The notes under the pieces were generated by a model. The model did no database searches and had not been told where the DNA came from. It worked only from the letters and a program-made list of their open reading frames with translations. The position numbers were made by a program, and so were the translations under genes. Shown one piece after another: positions 8,575 through 19,287 of a stretch of DNA of 64,000 nt (the stretch's first letter is position 1; the number at the start of each line of letters is the position of its first letter). The stretch is from Acidimicrobiales bacterium. GTDB lineage: Bacteria; Actinomycetota; Acidimicrobiia; Acidimicrobiales; Aldehydirespiratoraceae. The stretch is from the NCBI GenBank assembly GCA_965116195.1, contig OZ220491.1:3005432-3069431 (forward strand), in the 5' to 3' direction.

Positions 8575-10422
8575 GTGCAGGAGCGGGGCATTGAGGTCGT
8601 TGTTGATGGTACGCCGGTGTTGGTTGATGATGAGCGACTGACGCTGCTGGAGGTGCTGCGAGAGCAACTGGGTGTGCGCTCCGCAAAGGATGGTTGTAGC
8701 CCTCAGGGGCAGTGCGGTTGTTGCACCGTGCTCGTTGATGAGCAGCCCCGGGTGGCTTGTGTAACCCCGATCCGCCGTGTGCATGGTCGCAGGATCACAA
8801 CGCTGGACGGTCTGGACGCAAGCGTGCGGGACAACTGGGCTCGGGCCTTTGCGGTGTCGGGTGCCAGCCAGTGCGGTTTCTGCACGCCGGGGATCATCTG
8901 TCGATTTGCGGCCCTGGCTGCCAAGGGAGCCGACCATGACGACACAGCCGTTGCCGCCAGGGCACTGTCCGGTCACCTGTGTCGTTGCACTGGCTGGCAG
9001 CCCATCCTCGACGCTTGGGTGGCCTACCCCCGCCTGGCTGCCAACGCCTCTGAGGGTTCCAGTGATATTGGTGATGCGGTTACTGTTTCAGATGAACTGG
9101 CAGGAGATGATCTGCCTCGCGCTGAAGGTACCGGTAGCCAGACGACTTATGGGGCCGCAGGTATAGGTGGGTTGGCAGAAGATGACCGGTCCCTCGCTGA
9201 AGGGCCCAGCAGCAAGAGCGCTGATGCGGTCAGATTCGCAGCCCGGGAAGTCACCAGGTCACGGGCTGTCTTGTCGGTCAGTGGCGAGGCAAAGAATGCT
9301 GTTGTGGGTCCGGCAGATGGTCAACGCGTTGATGCCGATCGGCGTGCTGGGATTGAGGGTCGCTCACCGCAATCCACAGGGCCTCATGTAGCTCTTGGTC
9401 AGGGTGGCTTTGCGGATGACACCGCACCTGTGGGTGCGTTGGTGGCAGTGCGCGGTGCTCCCGGTTGTGATGCTGCGGACGAGCACGGCTGGGTGGTGGC
9501 TCCGTCTGTGGCCGAGGCGCGGAGGTTGGCTGGCCGCGTGCCAGGCCGGCGTACCACGGCGAGTTGGGCACCGCCGTTGCTGGCACCGGAGGGTGATTGG
9601 TGTGTGACGCTGCGCACGAGTTGGGTGGAGCCTGCCTACCTGGAGACGGATTCGGCTTGGTGTGAGCCTGGCGGTGAGCCGGCGTCGCTGCTGGGCAATG
9701 GCGGTGCCTTCGGTGGCAAGCTGGACTCGCCGTTGGCAGAGGTTGCACGCCGTCTGGCCGATCAGTATGACCAGCCGGTGAGGGTTCTGTGGTCGCGCCC
9801 TGACACGGTTGAGTTCGGCCCCAAGCGTCCGCCGATGGCTGCGGGTGTGCGTGGTGACGGCACGGGTGAGGTCATCGTGGCGCGCACTGCTGGGATTGCC
9901 TCGGCCATTCAAGCTCAAGCTCCCGGCCTGCAGGTCACCGAAGTGGACCTGCCCGGCCCGCCAACTTCAGCGCAGGTGCGTGGTGCGGGTTGGGTTGAGG
10001 CGGCGGTGCTGCTGGCGGCTGCGTGTGGAGAAGTTGGCTGGATCACGGCTCCCGACGGTGGTTCGGCCCGGGCTCAAGTGCAGGCCGATGACACGATCAC
10101 CGTTGGTGTGCGAGCGGGTCGTCCCCTTGATGAGACGGTGTTGCGTTCGTATTGCACCGGTGCGGCGCACATGGCCTATTCGTGGGTGACGAGCGAGTCG
10201 CTCGGCGTGGACCCGGCAGGCAACATCCACGATTTCACCGTGCGTTCCTTCGGCATTGTGTCGGCGTCACGCATGCCAGCGGTGGAAGTCACTGTCGTTG
10301 ACGACGGTTCCGAGCCGGTGAACGGCAGCGACGCAGTGTTCGCGGCGGTGGCCGCAGCCATCTGGATCAAGCGCGAAACACCCCCCGTCTGGCCCACCGA
10401 CCACCCCCATCTCCGTCGGTAG
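8575..10422 (+). CDS. (2Fe-2S)-binding CoxS-like domain fused through a low-complexity linker to a partial xanthine-dehydrogenase-family MoCo-type domain
   Basis: N-terminus carries both [2Fe-2S] motifs (CSPQGQCGCCTV...C; CGFCTPG...CRCTG). The C-terminal ~280 aa include GGAFGGK. Linker is ~aa 160-330. Confidence 0.75.
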   Translation: MQERGIEVVVDGTPVLVDDERLTLLEVLREQLGVRSAKDGCSPQGQCGCCTVLVDEQPRVACVTPIRRVHGRRITTLDGLDASVRDNWARAFAVSGASQCGFCTPGIICRFAALAAKGADHDDTAVAARALSGHLCRCTGWQPILDAWVAYPRLAANASEGSSDIGDAVTVSDELAGDDLPRAEGTGSQTTYGAAGIGGLAEDDRSLAEGPSSKSADAVRFAAREVTRSRAVLSVSGEAKNAVVGPADGQRVDADRRAGIEGRSPQSTGPHVALGQGGFADDTAPVGALVAVRGAPGCDAADEHGWVVAPSVAEARRLAGRVPGRRTTASWAPPLLAPEGDWCVTLRTSWVEPAYLETDSAWCEPGGEPASLLGNGGAFGGKLDSPLAEVARRLADQYDQPVRVLWSRPDTVEFGPKRPPMAAGVRGDGTGEVIVARTAGIASAIQAQAPGLQVTEVDLPGPPTSAQVRGAGWVEAAVLLAAACGEVGWITAPDGGSARAQVQADDTITVGVRAGRPLDETVLRSYCTGAAHMAYSWVTSESLGVDPAGNIHDFTVRSFGIVSASRMPAVEVTVVDDGSEPVNGSDAVFAAVAAAIWIKRETPPVWPTDHPHLRR

Positions 10423-10557
10423 CCAGGAACCACAACCACCACGGCGACCACTGCGACTGCCGAAAAGAACCTGCATTTGTAGGTCTTGAGGCTTGTTGGC
10501 TTGAATTAATCTGAGGTTGAGTCGGGCCTTTGGGGCGTGTGAAAGCAAGGAGAACCC

Positions 10558-12108
10558 GTGGCTATTCCGGTACCGGACAGCAGAGATTTGCAGGCGATAT
10601 CTGACCGCTGGGGCTTGGGCCTGCAAAACGATCAGATCAGTACCTTTCAGGCGCTGATTGCAGGGGCGTTGGGGTCGTATGAACACGTGGACCACATGTA
10701 TGAAGTGTCAAAGCCGCAGTCACCCGTCCGCGAGAGCTACCGGCCTGACGACGCGGACAACGAGTTGGGTGCGTGGTACCACAGATGCGACATCCAGGAG
10801 CAAAACGAGGGCCCTCTGGCCGGAAGCACGTTCGCAATCAAGGACAACACGGCGGTAGCCGGAGTGCCCATGATGAACGGTTCTCGAATTGTCGAGGGCT
10901 ACACGCCGACGATTGACGCGACTGTGGTGCGGCGGATACTTGATGCCGGTGGGCGGATTCTGGGCAAAGCTGCATGTGAAGATCTGTGCTTTTCCGGAGC
11001 TAGTCACACCTGTGCGCTCGGCCCGATCCGGAACCCGTGGGACACGACAAAAACCGCCGGCGGCTCATCTGGCGGCAGCGGGGCGTTGGTCGCAGCCGGT
11101 GAGGTGGACATGGCGATTGCTGCCGACCAGGGTGGTTCAATCCGGATGCCGTCGGCGTGGACTGGAACCTGCGGGATCAAGCCCACATTCGGTCTTGTTC
11201 CCTACACGGGGGCCTATCCCATTGAGTGGACGATTGACCATATCGGTCCGATTGCTCGCAACATGATCGATCTGGCAACGTTTTTGACGGTGATCGCCGG
11301 GCCGGACGGCAATGACCCACGCCAGGGGCAGGCACCTGACGGGGTGGATTACACCCAGGATCTTGAGTTCGGCATCGCCGGACTCAAGGTGGGCATCGTC
11401 GCTGAAGGGTTCGGCTGGGAAGGCGTCAGCGACGAAGCCTCGGACGCGTTGGTGGAGGCCGAGGCCAGGAGACTGGCCGAAGCAGGTGCTGTGGTCGAGA
11501 CGTTTTCAATGCCTCCACATCGGGACGCAATCCACATCTGGAACGTGATTGCGACCGACGGTGCGATGTGGCAGATGATACGTGGCAACGGCTACGGAAT
11601 GAACTACCGGGGGTTGTTTGATCCCGAACAGATTGAGCACAGCAAGCAGGGTTGGGAGACCCGCGCCGAGGAAATCTCCGAGACATTGCGGTTCGTCATC
11701 TTGTGCGCCGAGTACAGCATCGGACGCAACGGAGGCGGTGCCTATGCCCGGGCCTCAAACGTGCGGAATCAGATCAACACCGCGGTGGACAAGGCGCTCG
11801 AAACCTATGATGTTTTGTGCTATCCCACGTTGCCTTTTCCTGCCAAGGAGATCCCATCCGGCGACGCCCCGATTGAGGAATACGTGGCTCGAGCCTTGGA
11901 GATGATCCCGAATACCTGCGTCTCAAACGTGACCGGTAATCCCGATCTGACCGTTCCTGTTGCGGGGGGACAGGGCATGCCCGTGGGTATGAGCTTTGTT
12001 GGCAGGCAATGGGATGAAGCGAAGTTGCTGCGGGTCGGACGTGCCTACGAAAAGATGGTCGGTGGCTTCGCGTTGGCACCGATGGCTCAGTCAACACTCG
12101 TCGGCTGA
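10558..12108 (+). CDS. Amidase (amidase-signature family)
   Basis: 516 aa. FAIKDN and GGSSGGSGALVAAG signature. AAGGAG lies upstream of the GTG start. Confidence 0.9.
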   Translation: MAIPVPDSRDLQAISDRWGLGLQNDQISTFQALIAGALGSYEHVDHMYEVSKPQSPVRESYRPDDADNELGAWYHRCDIQEQNEGPLAGSTFAIKDNTAVAGVPMMNGSRIVEGYTPTIDATVVRRILDAGGRILGKAACEDLCFSGASHTCALGPIRNPWDTTKTAGGSSGGSGALVAAGEVDMAIAADQGGSIRMPSAWTGTCGIKPTFGLVPYTGAYPIEWTIDHIGPIARNMIDLATFLTVIAGPDGNDPRQGQAPDGVDYTQDLEFGIAGLKVGIVAEGFGWEGVSDEASDALVEAEARRLAEAGAVVETFSMPPHRDAIHIWNVIATDGAMWQMIRGNGYGMNYRGLFDPEQIEHSKQGWETRAEEISETLRFVILCAEYSIGRNGGGAYARASNVRNQINTAVDKALETYDVLCYPTLPFPAKEIPSGDAPIEEYVARALEMIPNTCVSNVTGNPDLTVPVAGGQGMPVGMSFVGRQWDEAKLLRVGRAYEKMVGGFALAPMAQSTLVG

Positions 12109-12341
12109 TGCAGAAATTCTGGCGATTTTGCGGGTCGCTTGCGGTCAGATCTGCGACAAGCCCTCATGGTCATCCAGACCTGCATTCGCGGGTAGTTGCT
12201 CTTGACCCTGCATTCGCGGGTGCCGTCGTGTCAATGGCCGCTGTTGATTGTATGGAACCGGGACACGACCGTTTGTGGTTTCGGAAAGTTGGCAGACACC
12301 GAGGCGTGTCTCTCGTCTCTTTCATCAAGGGAGGATCCAAG

Positions 12342-13832
12342 ATGACCAAGACCGTAAAGCATCGGCGACCGATTTGGGGGCGGCTGCCAGTGATGCTGCT
12401 GCTCGTGGTGGCGTTGGTGGCGGCGGCATGCGGCGATGATGACGGCGACACTGCCGACACTGCCGACACTGCCGACTCGCCTTCGGAAGTCACTCAACCC
12501 CAAGAGACAGCACCCGATGACGACGCGCCCGCAGACACGCCGGAAGTCGAGAGTGATCCCCCATCGCAAGACCCCCCGGGGGATGCTGACACCGGTGATG
12601 GTGGCCAGGCTGCCACCGGCGAGGCCGAACCCGATGACGGTGATGCTGACCCCGGTGAGACCGGTGATGGTGGCCAAACAGCCAGCGGCGAGCCGATCCG
12701 GGTGGGGAGTCTGCTGGATGAGACCGGGCCGCTGAGCATCTATGGCGGGCCGATGGCTGATGCCACACGGCTAGCGATCAGCGACATCAATGCCAGTGGC
12801 GGTGTGCTGGGCAGGCCACTGGAACTTGTTGCGCTTGACTCCAAGTCCGACCAGAACGAGTACATAACCGGAGCCGATCGACTGGTGGCTGACGATCTGG
12901 CCGTGGTGCATGCGGGCATCACCAGTGCCTCACGAGAAGCAATCAGGCCGACTTTCACCGAGGCAGAGATTCTGCACTTCTACAATGTGCTCTACGAGGG
13001 TGGTCAGTGTGACCGGAATCTGTTCGTCACCGGTGTCACCCCGACCCAGCAGCTGCAGGTACTTATTCCGTGGGCGATAGAGAACATCGGACCTCGGCTC
13101 TATGTACTTGCCGCGGACTACAACTACGGTCAGATATCCGCCGACTGGGTACAGCAATACGCAACTGACAACGGTGGCGAGATCGTCGGCGAGGACTTCT
13201 TCCCGCTTGATGTTGCTGAATTCGCAACGACGATATCCGATGTCCAGCGGGCTGCTCCCGATGCAGTGGTGTCGTTGTTGGTGGGCGGTGCGCACATGTC
13301 CTTCTACAGTCAGTACGCCGCAGCCGGGGTCAACTCTGAAATTCCCATCGTGTCGCCTACTTTCGGCTTGGGTAGTGAACAGGTGGCACTTGATGCCGAG
13401 TCCGCTGAGAACATAATCGTGGCGTTTCCGTATTTCGAAGAGCTCGACACCCCGGCCAATCAAGAATTCGTTGCTGCTTGGCAGGCAGAGTTTGGTGACG
13501 ACTACCCGTACATCACTGACTTGGCGGTCTACACATGGGAAGGCTGGCACCTGTGGGCCGACGCGGTAAACGCGGCGGGCACCCTTGAACGTGAGGCAGT
13601 CATTGCTCAACTTGAAAGCGGTGTTAGCTTTGACGGGCCCAAGGGCACAGTTACTTTCGACGGGGCTTCGCACCATCTGATTCAACCGGTCAGCTTGGCT
13701 CGCACCAACGACTCGAATGGGTTCGAGGTGTTTGAGACATTCGACAGTGTGCCGCCGTCATGGGAGCAGGAGACCTGCGACCTGATCACGAATCCGGAGA
13801 TCAATGAGCAGTTCACTCCCGGAGGTAACTGA
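12342..13832 (+). CDS. ABC transporter substrate-binding lipoprotein, LivK/AmiC (Peripla_BP_6) type, with a D/T/P/E-rich tether
   Basis: Internal ATG 12342 follows GGGAGGA. Signal peptide ends in the lipobox LVAAAC. The body starts IRVGSLLDETGPLSIYGG...INASGGVLGRPLEL. Confidence 0.85.
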   Translation: MTKTVKHRRPIWGRLPVMLLLVVALVAAACGDDDGDTADTADTADSPSEVTQPQETAPDDDAPADTPEVESDPPSQDPPGDADTGDGGQAATGEAEPDDGDADPGETGDGGQTASGEPIRVGSLLDETGPLSIYGGPMADATRLAISDINASGGVLGRPLELVALDSKSDQNEYITGADRLVADDLAVVHAGITSASREAIRPTFTEAEILHFYNVLYEGGQCDRNLFVTGVTPTQQLQVLIPWAIENIGPRLYVLAADYNYGQISADWVQQYATDNGGEIVGEDFFPLDVAEFATTISDVQRAAPDAVVSLLVGGAHMSFYSQYAAAGVNSEIPIVSPTFGLGSEQVALDAESAENIIVAFPYFEELDTPANQEFVAAWQAEFGDDYPYITDLAVYTWEGWHLWADAVNAAGTLEREAVIAQLESGVSFDGPKGTVTFDGASHHLIQPVSLARTNDSNGFEVFETFDSVPPSWEQETCDLITNPEINEQFTPGGN

Positions 13833-13981
13833 GTCTGATCTGTTCTCGACTCGACCGAGGACGGCCCGCACCGAAGAGAAGGGCACCCACGGCGGGTGTC
13901 GGCGGGTGTGCTCCCCTCGTTTCAGTTCTCGCCGTTCCCGCCCGTTACGTAGAGACAGTTACTTAGGGGGTTGCCTTTTCG

Positions 13982-14845
13982 GTGGCCTTTGACAATCTCT
14001 TCAACCTGGGTTTCAACCTGGCTACCACCATCTCGACTCTGGTGTTGGTGTCGATCGGTCTGGCAGTCATTTTTGGCATGCGCGGGGTCATCAACCTCGC
14101 CCACGGCGAGTTCATCATGCTGGGCGCGTTCGCCACTCTTTCCGGGGTCCGAAATGGACTCAACATCTGGTTGGCCATGTTGTTGGCAGCGGTTGTTCTC
14201 GGGCTTTTTGGTTTGGTCATTGAACGACTGCTCATTCGCCATCTGTATGGGCGATTGCCTGACACGATGCTGGCCACGACAGGACTTTCGCTGATCTTGA
14301 TCCAGCTTGTTGAGAACTATTACGGGTCGGTCACCGAAGGCATCCCGGTCCCACTTGGCAGTTTTACGGTGGGTGAATTCTCAATGTCCTCCTACAACAT
14401 TGTGTTGGTCGGGGCCGCAATGGCCATGGTGACGCTGACTTATGTGATCATGCGCCGCACCAAGTATGGACTGCTTGCGCGCGCTGCCACCCAGTCATCG
14501 GACATGGCCGAAGCACTTGGTGTCAACACCTCGCAGGTCAATATGTGGACTTTTTGCATAGGTTCGGCGCTGGCGGGTGCCGCCGGCGCGCTGTTGGCAC
14601 CACTGGTGGGTGTCATCCCGACGATGGGACAGATCTATGTGGCGCGATCCTTTATGACGGTTATTGTCGGCGGACCGACCTTTATTGCCGGCACCGTCTC
14701 GTCAAGCGGACTGCTTGGCTTCATCGAGAACATAGCGACCGATTGGGCCACGCCGGTTATCGGCCAGGGAATGTTACTGATCGCTGCGATCGTCATCTTG
14801 CGGTTCATGCCTCAGGGGCTCACGGGAAGTCGGAGCCGAGGATGA
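13982..14845 (+). CDS. Branched-chain/amide-type ABC transporter permease (LivH-like)
   Basis: 287 aa, polytopic, with INLAHGEF near the N-terminus. The stop overlaps the next start (ATGA). Confidence 0.85.
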   Translation: MAFDNLFNLGFNLATTISTLVLVSIGLAVIFGMRGVINLAHGEFIMLGAFATLSGVRNGLNIWLAMLLAAVVLGLFGLVIERLLIRHLYGRLPDTMLATTGLSLILIQLVENYYGSVTEGIPVPLGSFTVGEFSMSSYNIVLVGAAMAMVTLTYVIMRRTKYGLLARAATQSSDMAEALGVNTSQVNMWTFCIGSALAGAAGALLAPLVGVIPTMGQIYVARSFMTVIVGGPTFIAGTVSSSGLLGFIENIATDWATPVIGQGMLLIAAIVILRFMPQGLTGSRSRG

Positions 14846-16779
14846 ACCGGTCGAGCCAGGGGACGCCTCGACTGGTCGGTAGGCTCTTCGATTCCGGTAG
14901 CCGCAGCCTTTCCGGTAGCCGGAGCCTTTCGAGTGGCTTCTGGCGAGATCTGTCGGGCGGGATCGGTACCTTTACGTTCGTGGCTGTTCTGGCCAATGTG
15001 GTGGAGGAATTCACAGCCTTTGAGTGGTCGCTGTGGGGGATTCAGGCGATTTTGGCTCTGTCGCTCACTTTCGTCTGGGGACACGGTGGTATCTTCAGTT
15101 TTGGACAGGCTGCCATTTATGGTATAGGCGGCTACACATACGGTTTTTGGGCTGTCAACTTCTTCGAGGCCACCGGAGAGACCTTCAGTGCTTTGGCTGC
15201 TGCGGTTGTTGTTGGTTCGGCGTTCGCTGCGTTGTTGGGCTACTTCATGTTCTACGGGAACGTGACCGATGTGTATGTGGCCATCATTACGTTGGCGACC
15301 AGCCTGGTGTTGTTTGCGTTCGTCAATTCCACATCGGGGTCGCGCTACAAGATCGGGGATGCTCCCTTCGGGGGTTACAACGGCATGACTCAGATTCCAC
15401 GACTCTCCTGGCGTCTTCCCGGTGGAGAAAGCCAGGTGCTAAGCCGTGTGCAGTTCCTGTTATTTGTTGTGGCGGCCGGTCTGATGATCGCGTTGTTGAT
15501 CCGAGTCATGGTTCGGTATCCGTTCGGTCGTGTAGCCGTGGCGCTGCAGCACAATGAGCTACGAACCGAGCTCTTGGGTTACGACGTTCGTTGGCACAAG
15601 TTGGCTGTGTTCACTGTCGGAGGCGCAATCGCGGGATTTGGCGGAGCTCTGTTCGCGGCGTGGGGCAGATTCATCAGTCCGCCGGTGTTTGCGTTGACCC
15701 CGGCTGCCTTGGTGGTGATCTGGGTTCTTGTAGGTGGCCGCACCAGCGTTGTGGGTGCCTTTGTCGGTGTCTTGGTGGTGGAAGGGCTCTCATCGTGGTT
15801 CGGAGGTGCCAGCGGCGACAACGAGCCGATCATCTTCGGGGTCATAATGATAGTGATTGTTCTTGGGCTACCGGGCGGGATCGTGCCGAGCACGCGACGA
15901 TTGGTTTCTGGGATCAGGGACCGCTTGAGTCCCGCGCGCGAACTTGATATCAACAGTCCGTCAGGACCGGGGTCGGACCGTCTGCCCGCGCTTGTCGGCG
16001 TGCAGTTACCGTTTGGAATAGCGACCTCCAACGGTGACGAGGTGCTCCCAGCCGCCATGTCCGTCAATTCTGTCAGCAAGCGCTTTGGTGGTCTCACTGC
16101 GCTCAACCACGTGTCACTTGAGTTTCCGTCAACCGGTGTGTCATGTCTCATTGGCCCCAACGGTGCAGGCAAGACCACCTTGTTCGGAGTGCTCTCCGGC
16201 CGCCTGGCTGCCACCGAGGGTTCGGTGTGTATCGGCGGCCAGGACTTGACCAACTGGCAGCCCCATCAACGTGCCCGGGCCGGGGTGGGTATCAAGCTGC
16301 AGGTGGCATCAATATACAAGGAACTGTCGGTCAGGGAGAATCTCTGGCTTGCCTGCTATGCAATTCCAAGGAACAGGGAGTTGGCTGAACAACGATCGGT
16401 GGAACTTCTGGAATGGCTGAGACTGTCCGCAGAGTCAGACCACCCGGCCGGAACACTTTCGCACGGCAAACAGCAATGGCTGGAAATCGGCATGGTGGTT
16501 GCTGGCGAGCCGCGGTTGGTGTTGCTTGATGAACCAACGGCGGGCATGACACGACAAGAGACCGCTCACATGGGCGAAATCGTCACGCAGCTTGGTTGCC
16601 GGGCTTGCGTCATCGTTGTGGAACATGACATGGAGTTTGTCAGGCAACTGGATGCTCCCATCACGGTACTCCACATGGGGGAGGTTTTTTTGACGGGCAG
16701 TTTTGATCAGTTGTCCAATGACGAGCGAGTCGTTGACATTTATCTGGGACGGGAGTCGGCCCATGATGCAACTTGCTGA
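14842..16779 (+). CDS. Fused LivM-like permease + LivG-like ATPase
   Basis: One open frame. The permease body is followed by GPNGAGKTT, LSHGKQQW and LVLLDEPTAG. Start chosen at ATG 14842, which overlaps the upstream stop. Confidence 0.8.
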   Translation: MNRSSQGTPRLVGRLFDSGSRSLSGSRSLSSGFWRDLSGGIGTFTFVAVLANVVEEFTAFEWSLWGIQAILALSLTFVWGHGGIFSFGQAAIYGIGGYTYGFWAVNFFEATGETFSALAAAVVVGSAFAALLGYFMFYGNVTDVYVAIITLATSLVLFAFVNSTSGSRYKIGDAPFGGYNGMTQIPRLSWRLPGGESQVLSRVQFLLFVVAAGLMIALLIRVMVRYPFGRVAVALQHNELRTELLGYDVRWHKLAVFTVGGAIAGFGGALFAAWGRFISPPVFALTPAALVVIWVLVGGRTSVVGAFVGVLVVEGLSSWFGGASGDNEPIIFGVIMIVIVLGLPGGIVPSTRRLVSGIRDRLSPARELDINSPSGPGSDRLPALVGVQLPFGIATSNGDEVLPAAMSVNSVSKRFGGLTALNHVSLEFPSTGVSCLIGPNGAGKTTLFGVLSGRLAATEGSVCIGGQDLTNWQPHQRARAGVGIKLQVASIYKELSVRENLWLACYAIPRNRELAEQRSVELLEWLRLSAESDHPAGTLSHGKQQWLEIGMVVAGEPRLVLLDEPTAGMTRQETAHMGEIVTQLGCRACVIVVEHDMEFVRQLDAPITVLHMGEVFLTGSFDQLSNDERVVDIYLGRESAHDATC

Positions 16780-17464
16780 TCTGAAGGCTGGCTACGGTTC
16801 CACCCCTGTTCTGCAGGGGGTTGATCTCAGGTTGGGCGATGGAGAACGCACTGCTGTTCTGGGTCGTAACGGTGTGGGGAAAACGACGCTCATGCGGGCC
16901 ATCAGTGGGTTGGTCCCGCTCAGCGGCGGGGTGCTTCGATTTGATGGCGAGAGCATCGGCCACCTCAAGACCCACGAACGCGCCCGCCTCGGGATCTCCC
17001 TTGTGCCACAAGGTCGTGACATCTTTCCGAAGCTCACCGTTGTGGAGAACCTAAAGGTAGCAGCGGCCATCCATCGCGGCCCCAAGGCTCGTCATATGAA
17101 TGAGATCTTTGAAGAGTTCCCGGTGCTCGCTGACAAACGCGAGGCTCGGGGCGGAAGTCTGTCCGGAGGCCAACAACAGATTCTGGCGCTTGCCAGGGCG
17201 CTATTGACCAACCCCAAGGTTCTGTTGTTGGATGAGCCGTCCGAGGGCATTCAGCCTTCGATTCTGGACGAGATCGTCGAGGTCATTGACAAGATCAACA
17301 CCGAGCGGGGTATAGCGGTACTGCTGGTGGAGCAGAACCTGGACTTCGCTGTCCGCATTGCTCAACGTGGACTCATCATGGAAAAGGGCGAGTTTGTTCA
17401 GGAGCTAAACATCGCAGAGTTAGGCAAAAACCGTGACCTACATCGAAAATACATGGCACTATAG
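16763..17464 (+). CDS. LivF-like ABC transporter ATP-binding protein
   Basis: GRNGVGKTT, LSGGQQQ and VLLLDEPSEG. Start ATG 16763 overlaps the previous gene by 17 nt. Confidence 0.85.
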   Translation: MMQLADLKAGYGSTPVLQGVDLRLGDGERTAVLGRNGVGKTTLMRAISGLVPLSGGVLRFDGESIGHLKTHERARLGISLVPQGRDIFPKLTVVENLKVAAAIHRGPKARHMNEIFEEFPVLADKREARGGSLSGGQQQILALARALLTNPKVLLLDEPSEGIQPSILDEIVEVIDKINTERGIAVLLVEQNLDFAVRIAQRGLIMEKGEFVQELNIAELGKNRDLHRKYMAL

Positions 17465-17582
17465 ACTCGCGGGCACGATATGACCACCGCAGCACTATAT
17501 GCCCAGGGCACCATAGAACCGCAGCACTATGGAAGTGGTGCCCACCTGACCCACGACTTCAACACAACAAGGAGGTGACAAC

Positions 17583-19220
17583 ATGAAGTTGTCAACTGAT
17601 GCAGGACCGACCACAACACCGCTACTGGAGGAGACGATTGACGCGAACTTGGCCCGCATTGTCGGTAACTTTGGCGACCGCGAAGCTCTCGTGTCAGTCG
17701 AGCAAGGACTGCGGTACACCTACCGCGAGTTCGATGCCGAGGTTGACAAGGTGGCCCGCGGCCTTGTGGCGGCTGGTGTTGCTGTCGGTGACCGTGTTGG
17801 TATCTGGAGTCCCAACTACGCCGAGTGGACGGTCCTTCAATATGCCACGGCCCGCATCGGTGCCGTTCTGGTCACTGTCAATCCGGCATACAGAATGTCC
17901 GAACTCCAGTATGTTCTGGATCAGTCCGGCATCTCGCTGTTGGTCGCAGCTGAGTCATTCGGCCAAAACAACTACCGCGAGACGATTGAAACGGTCTGGG
18001 AGAAAGTCCCCACGTCCACCGTGATATACCTCCACACCCCGGACTGGGATCGGTTCGTTGCAGCTGGCTCAAGGATCAGTGATGAGCAGATGGAGGTTCG
18101 CCGATCCAGCCTGCGCCCTGATGATCCCATCAACATCCAGTACACGAGTGGAACCACGGGTTTCCCCAAGGGAGCAACTCTGAGCCATCGGAACATCTTG
18201 AACAACGGGTTCTTCGTGGGAGAAGCCTGCGGCTACAGCGAGCACGACCGGGTTTGCATTCCGGTACCGTTCTATCACTGCTTCGGCATGGTGTTGGGTA
18301 ATCTCGCCTGCACCACCCATGCATCTTGTATGGTCATCCCAGCCGCCGGGTTTGATCCTGTGGCGACGCTTCGAGCCTGCGAGCAGGAGCGATGCACAAG
18401 TCTCTACGGGGTTCCCACCATGTTCATCGCTGAACTGGCCGAACCCGATCTCGATGACTATGACCTCAGTTCGCTGCGCACCGGCATCATGGCCGGTTCG
18501 CCGTGTCCTGTTGAGGTGATGAAGCAAGTCGTTGACCGGATGAACATGTCTGAGGTGACGATTGCCTACGGCATGACTGAGACTTCGCCCGTTTCAACCC
18601 AGACTTCGGCCTCGGATTCCCTTGACAAGCGGGTCTCAACCGTTGGCAGATCTCACCCTCATGTCGAGATCAAGATCGTGGATCCCGACACCGGCGAAAC
18701 TGTTCTGAGAGGCGAGGGTGGCGAGTTCTTGACCCGGGGCTACTCGGTGATGCTGGGCTACTGGAACGACCAGGCCCGTACCGCAGAGGTCATTGACGAA
18801 CACGGTTGGATGCACACAGGTGATCTTGCGGTGATGAATGACGATGGATATGTGAACATAGTTGGCCGGATCAAGGACATGATCATCAGAGGCGGCGAGA
18901 ACGTCTATCCCCGTGAGATCGAGGAGTATCTCTACACCCACCCGGATATAGTTGAGGTCCAGGTAATCGGTGTGCCGGACCACAAATATGGTGAACAGAT
19001 CGCGGCATGGGTCCAACTCCGCGACGGAGCACAGGTCACCGAAGAAGACATCAAGAACTTCTGCCGGGGTCAAATCGCCCACTACAAGGTGCCTCGCTAC
19101 GTGATGTTCGTCTCGGACTTCCCCATGACCATCACCGGCAAGATCCAGAAGTACTTGATGAGGCAAACCTCAATCGAACAACTCGGCCTCCAAGATGTGG
19201 CCCAGGTTACCAACGCCTGA
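17583..19220 (+). CDS. AMP-dependent acyl-CoA synthetase/ligase
   Basis: 545 aa. [15 protein letters not shown]-binding motif. AAGGAGG lies upstream of the ATG. Confidence 0.9.
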   Translation: MKLSTDAGPTTTPLLEETIDANLARIVGNFGDREALVSVEQGLRYTYREFDAEVDKVARGLVAAGVAVGDRVGIWSPNYAEWTVLQYATARIGAVLVTVNPAYRMSELQYVLDQSGISLLVAAESFGQNNYRETIETVWEKVPTSTVIYLHTPDWDRFVAAGSRISDEQMEVRRSSLRPDDPINIQYTSGTTGFPKGATLSHRNILNNGFFVGEACGYSEHDRVCIPVPFYHCFGMVLGNLACTTHASCMVIPAAGFDPVATLRACEQERCTSLYGVPTMFIAELAEPDLDDYDLSSLRTGIMAGSPCPVEVMKQVVDRMNMSEVTIAYGMTETSPVSTQTSASDSLDKRVSTVGRSHPHVEIKIVDPDTGETVLRGEGGEFLTRGYSVMLGYWNDQARTAEVIDEHGWMHTGDLAVMNDDGYVNIVGRIKDMIIRGGENVYPREIEEYLYTHPDIVEVQVIGVPDHKYGEQIAAWVQLRDGAQVTEEDIKNFCRGQIAHYKVPRYVMFVSDFPMTITGKIQKYLMRQTSIEQLGLQDVAQVTNA

Positions 19221-19287
19221 TTGTCCAACCGCGCCGAAACAGCAAACCGCCGATGTCAGCGCCCGTTCCAAACGCAGGAGAACTGCT

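Noticed and set aside
12108-12341. N-terminal extensions of the track ORFs. ORF starts affected: 12108, 14545, 16703, 19195, 41103, 43186, 45107 and 55762, and on the minus strand 28681, 29172, 48991, 53103 and 53657.
   Set aside because: Internal starts were preferred because they have Shine-Dalgarno sequences, signal peptides, stop-start overlaps or family-typical N-termini. The extensions overlap upstream genes or consist of repeats.
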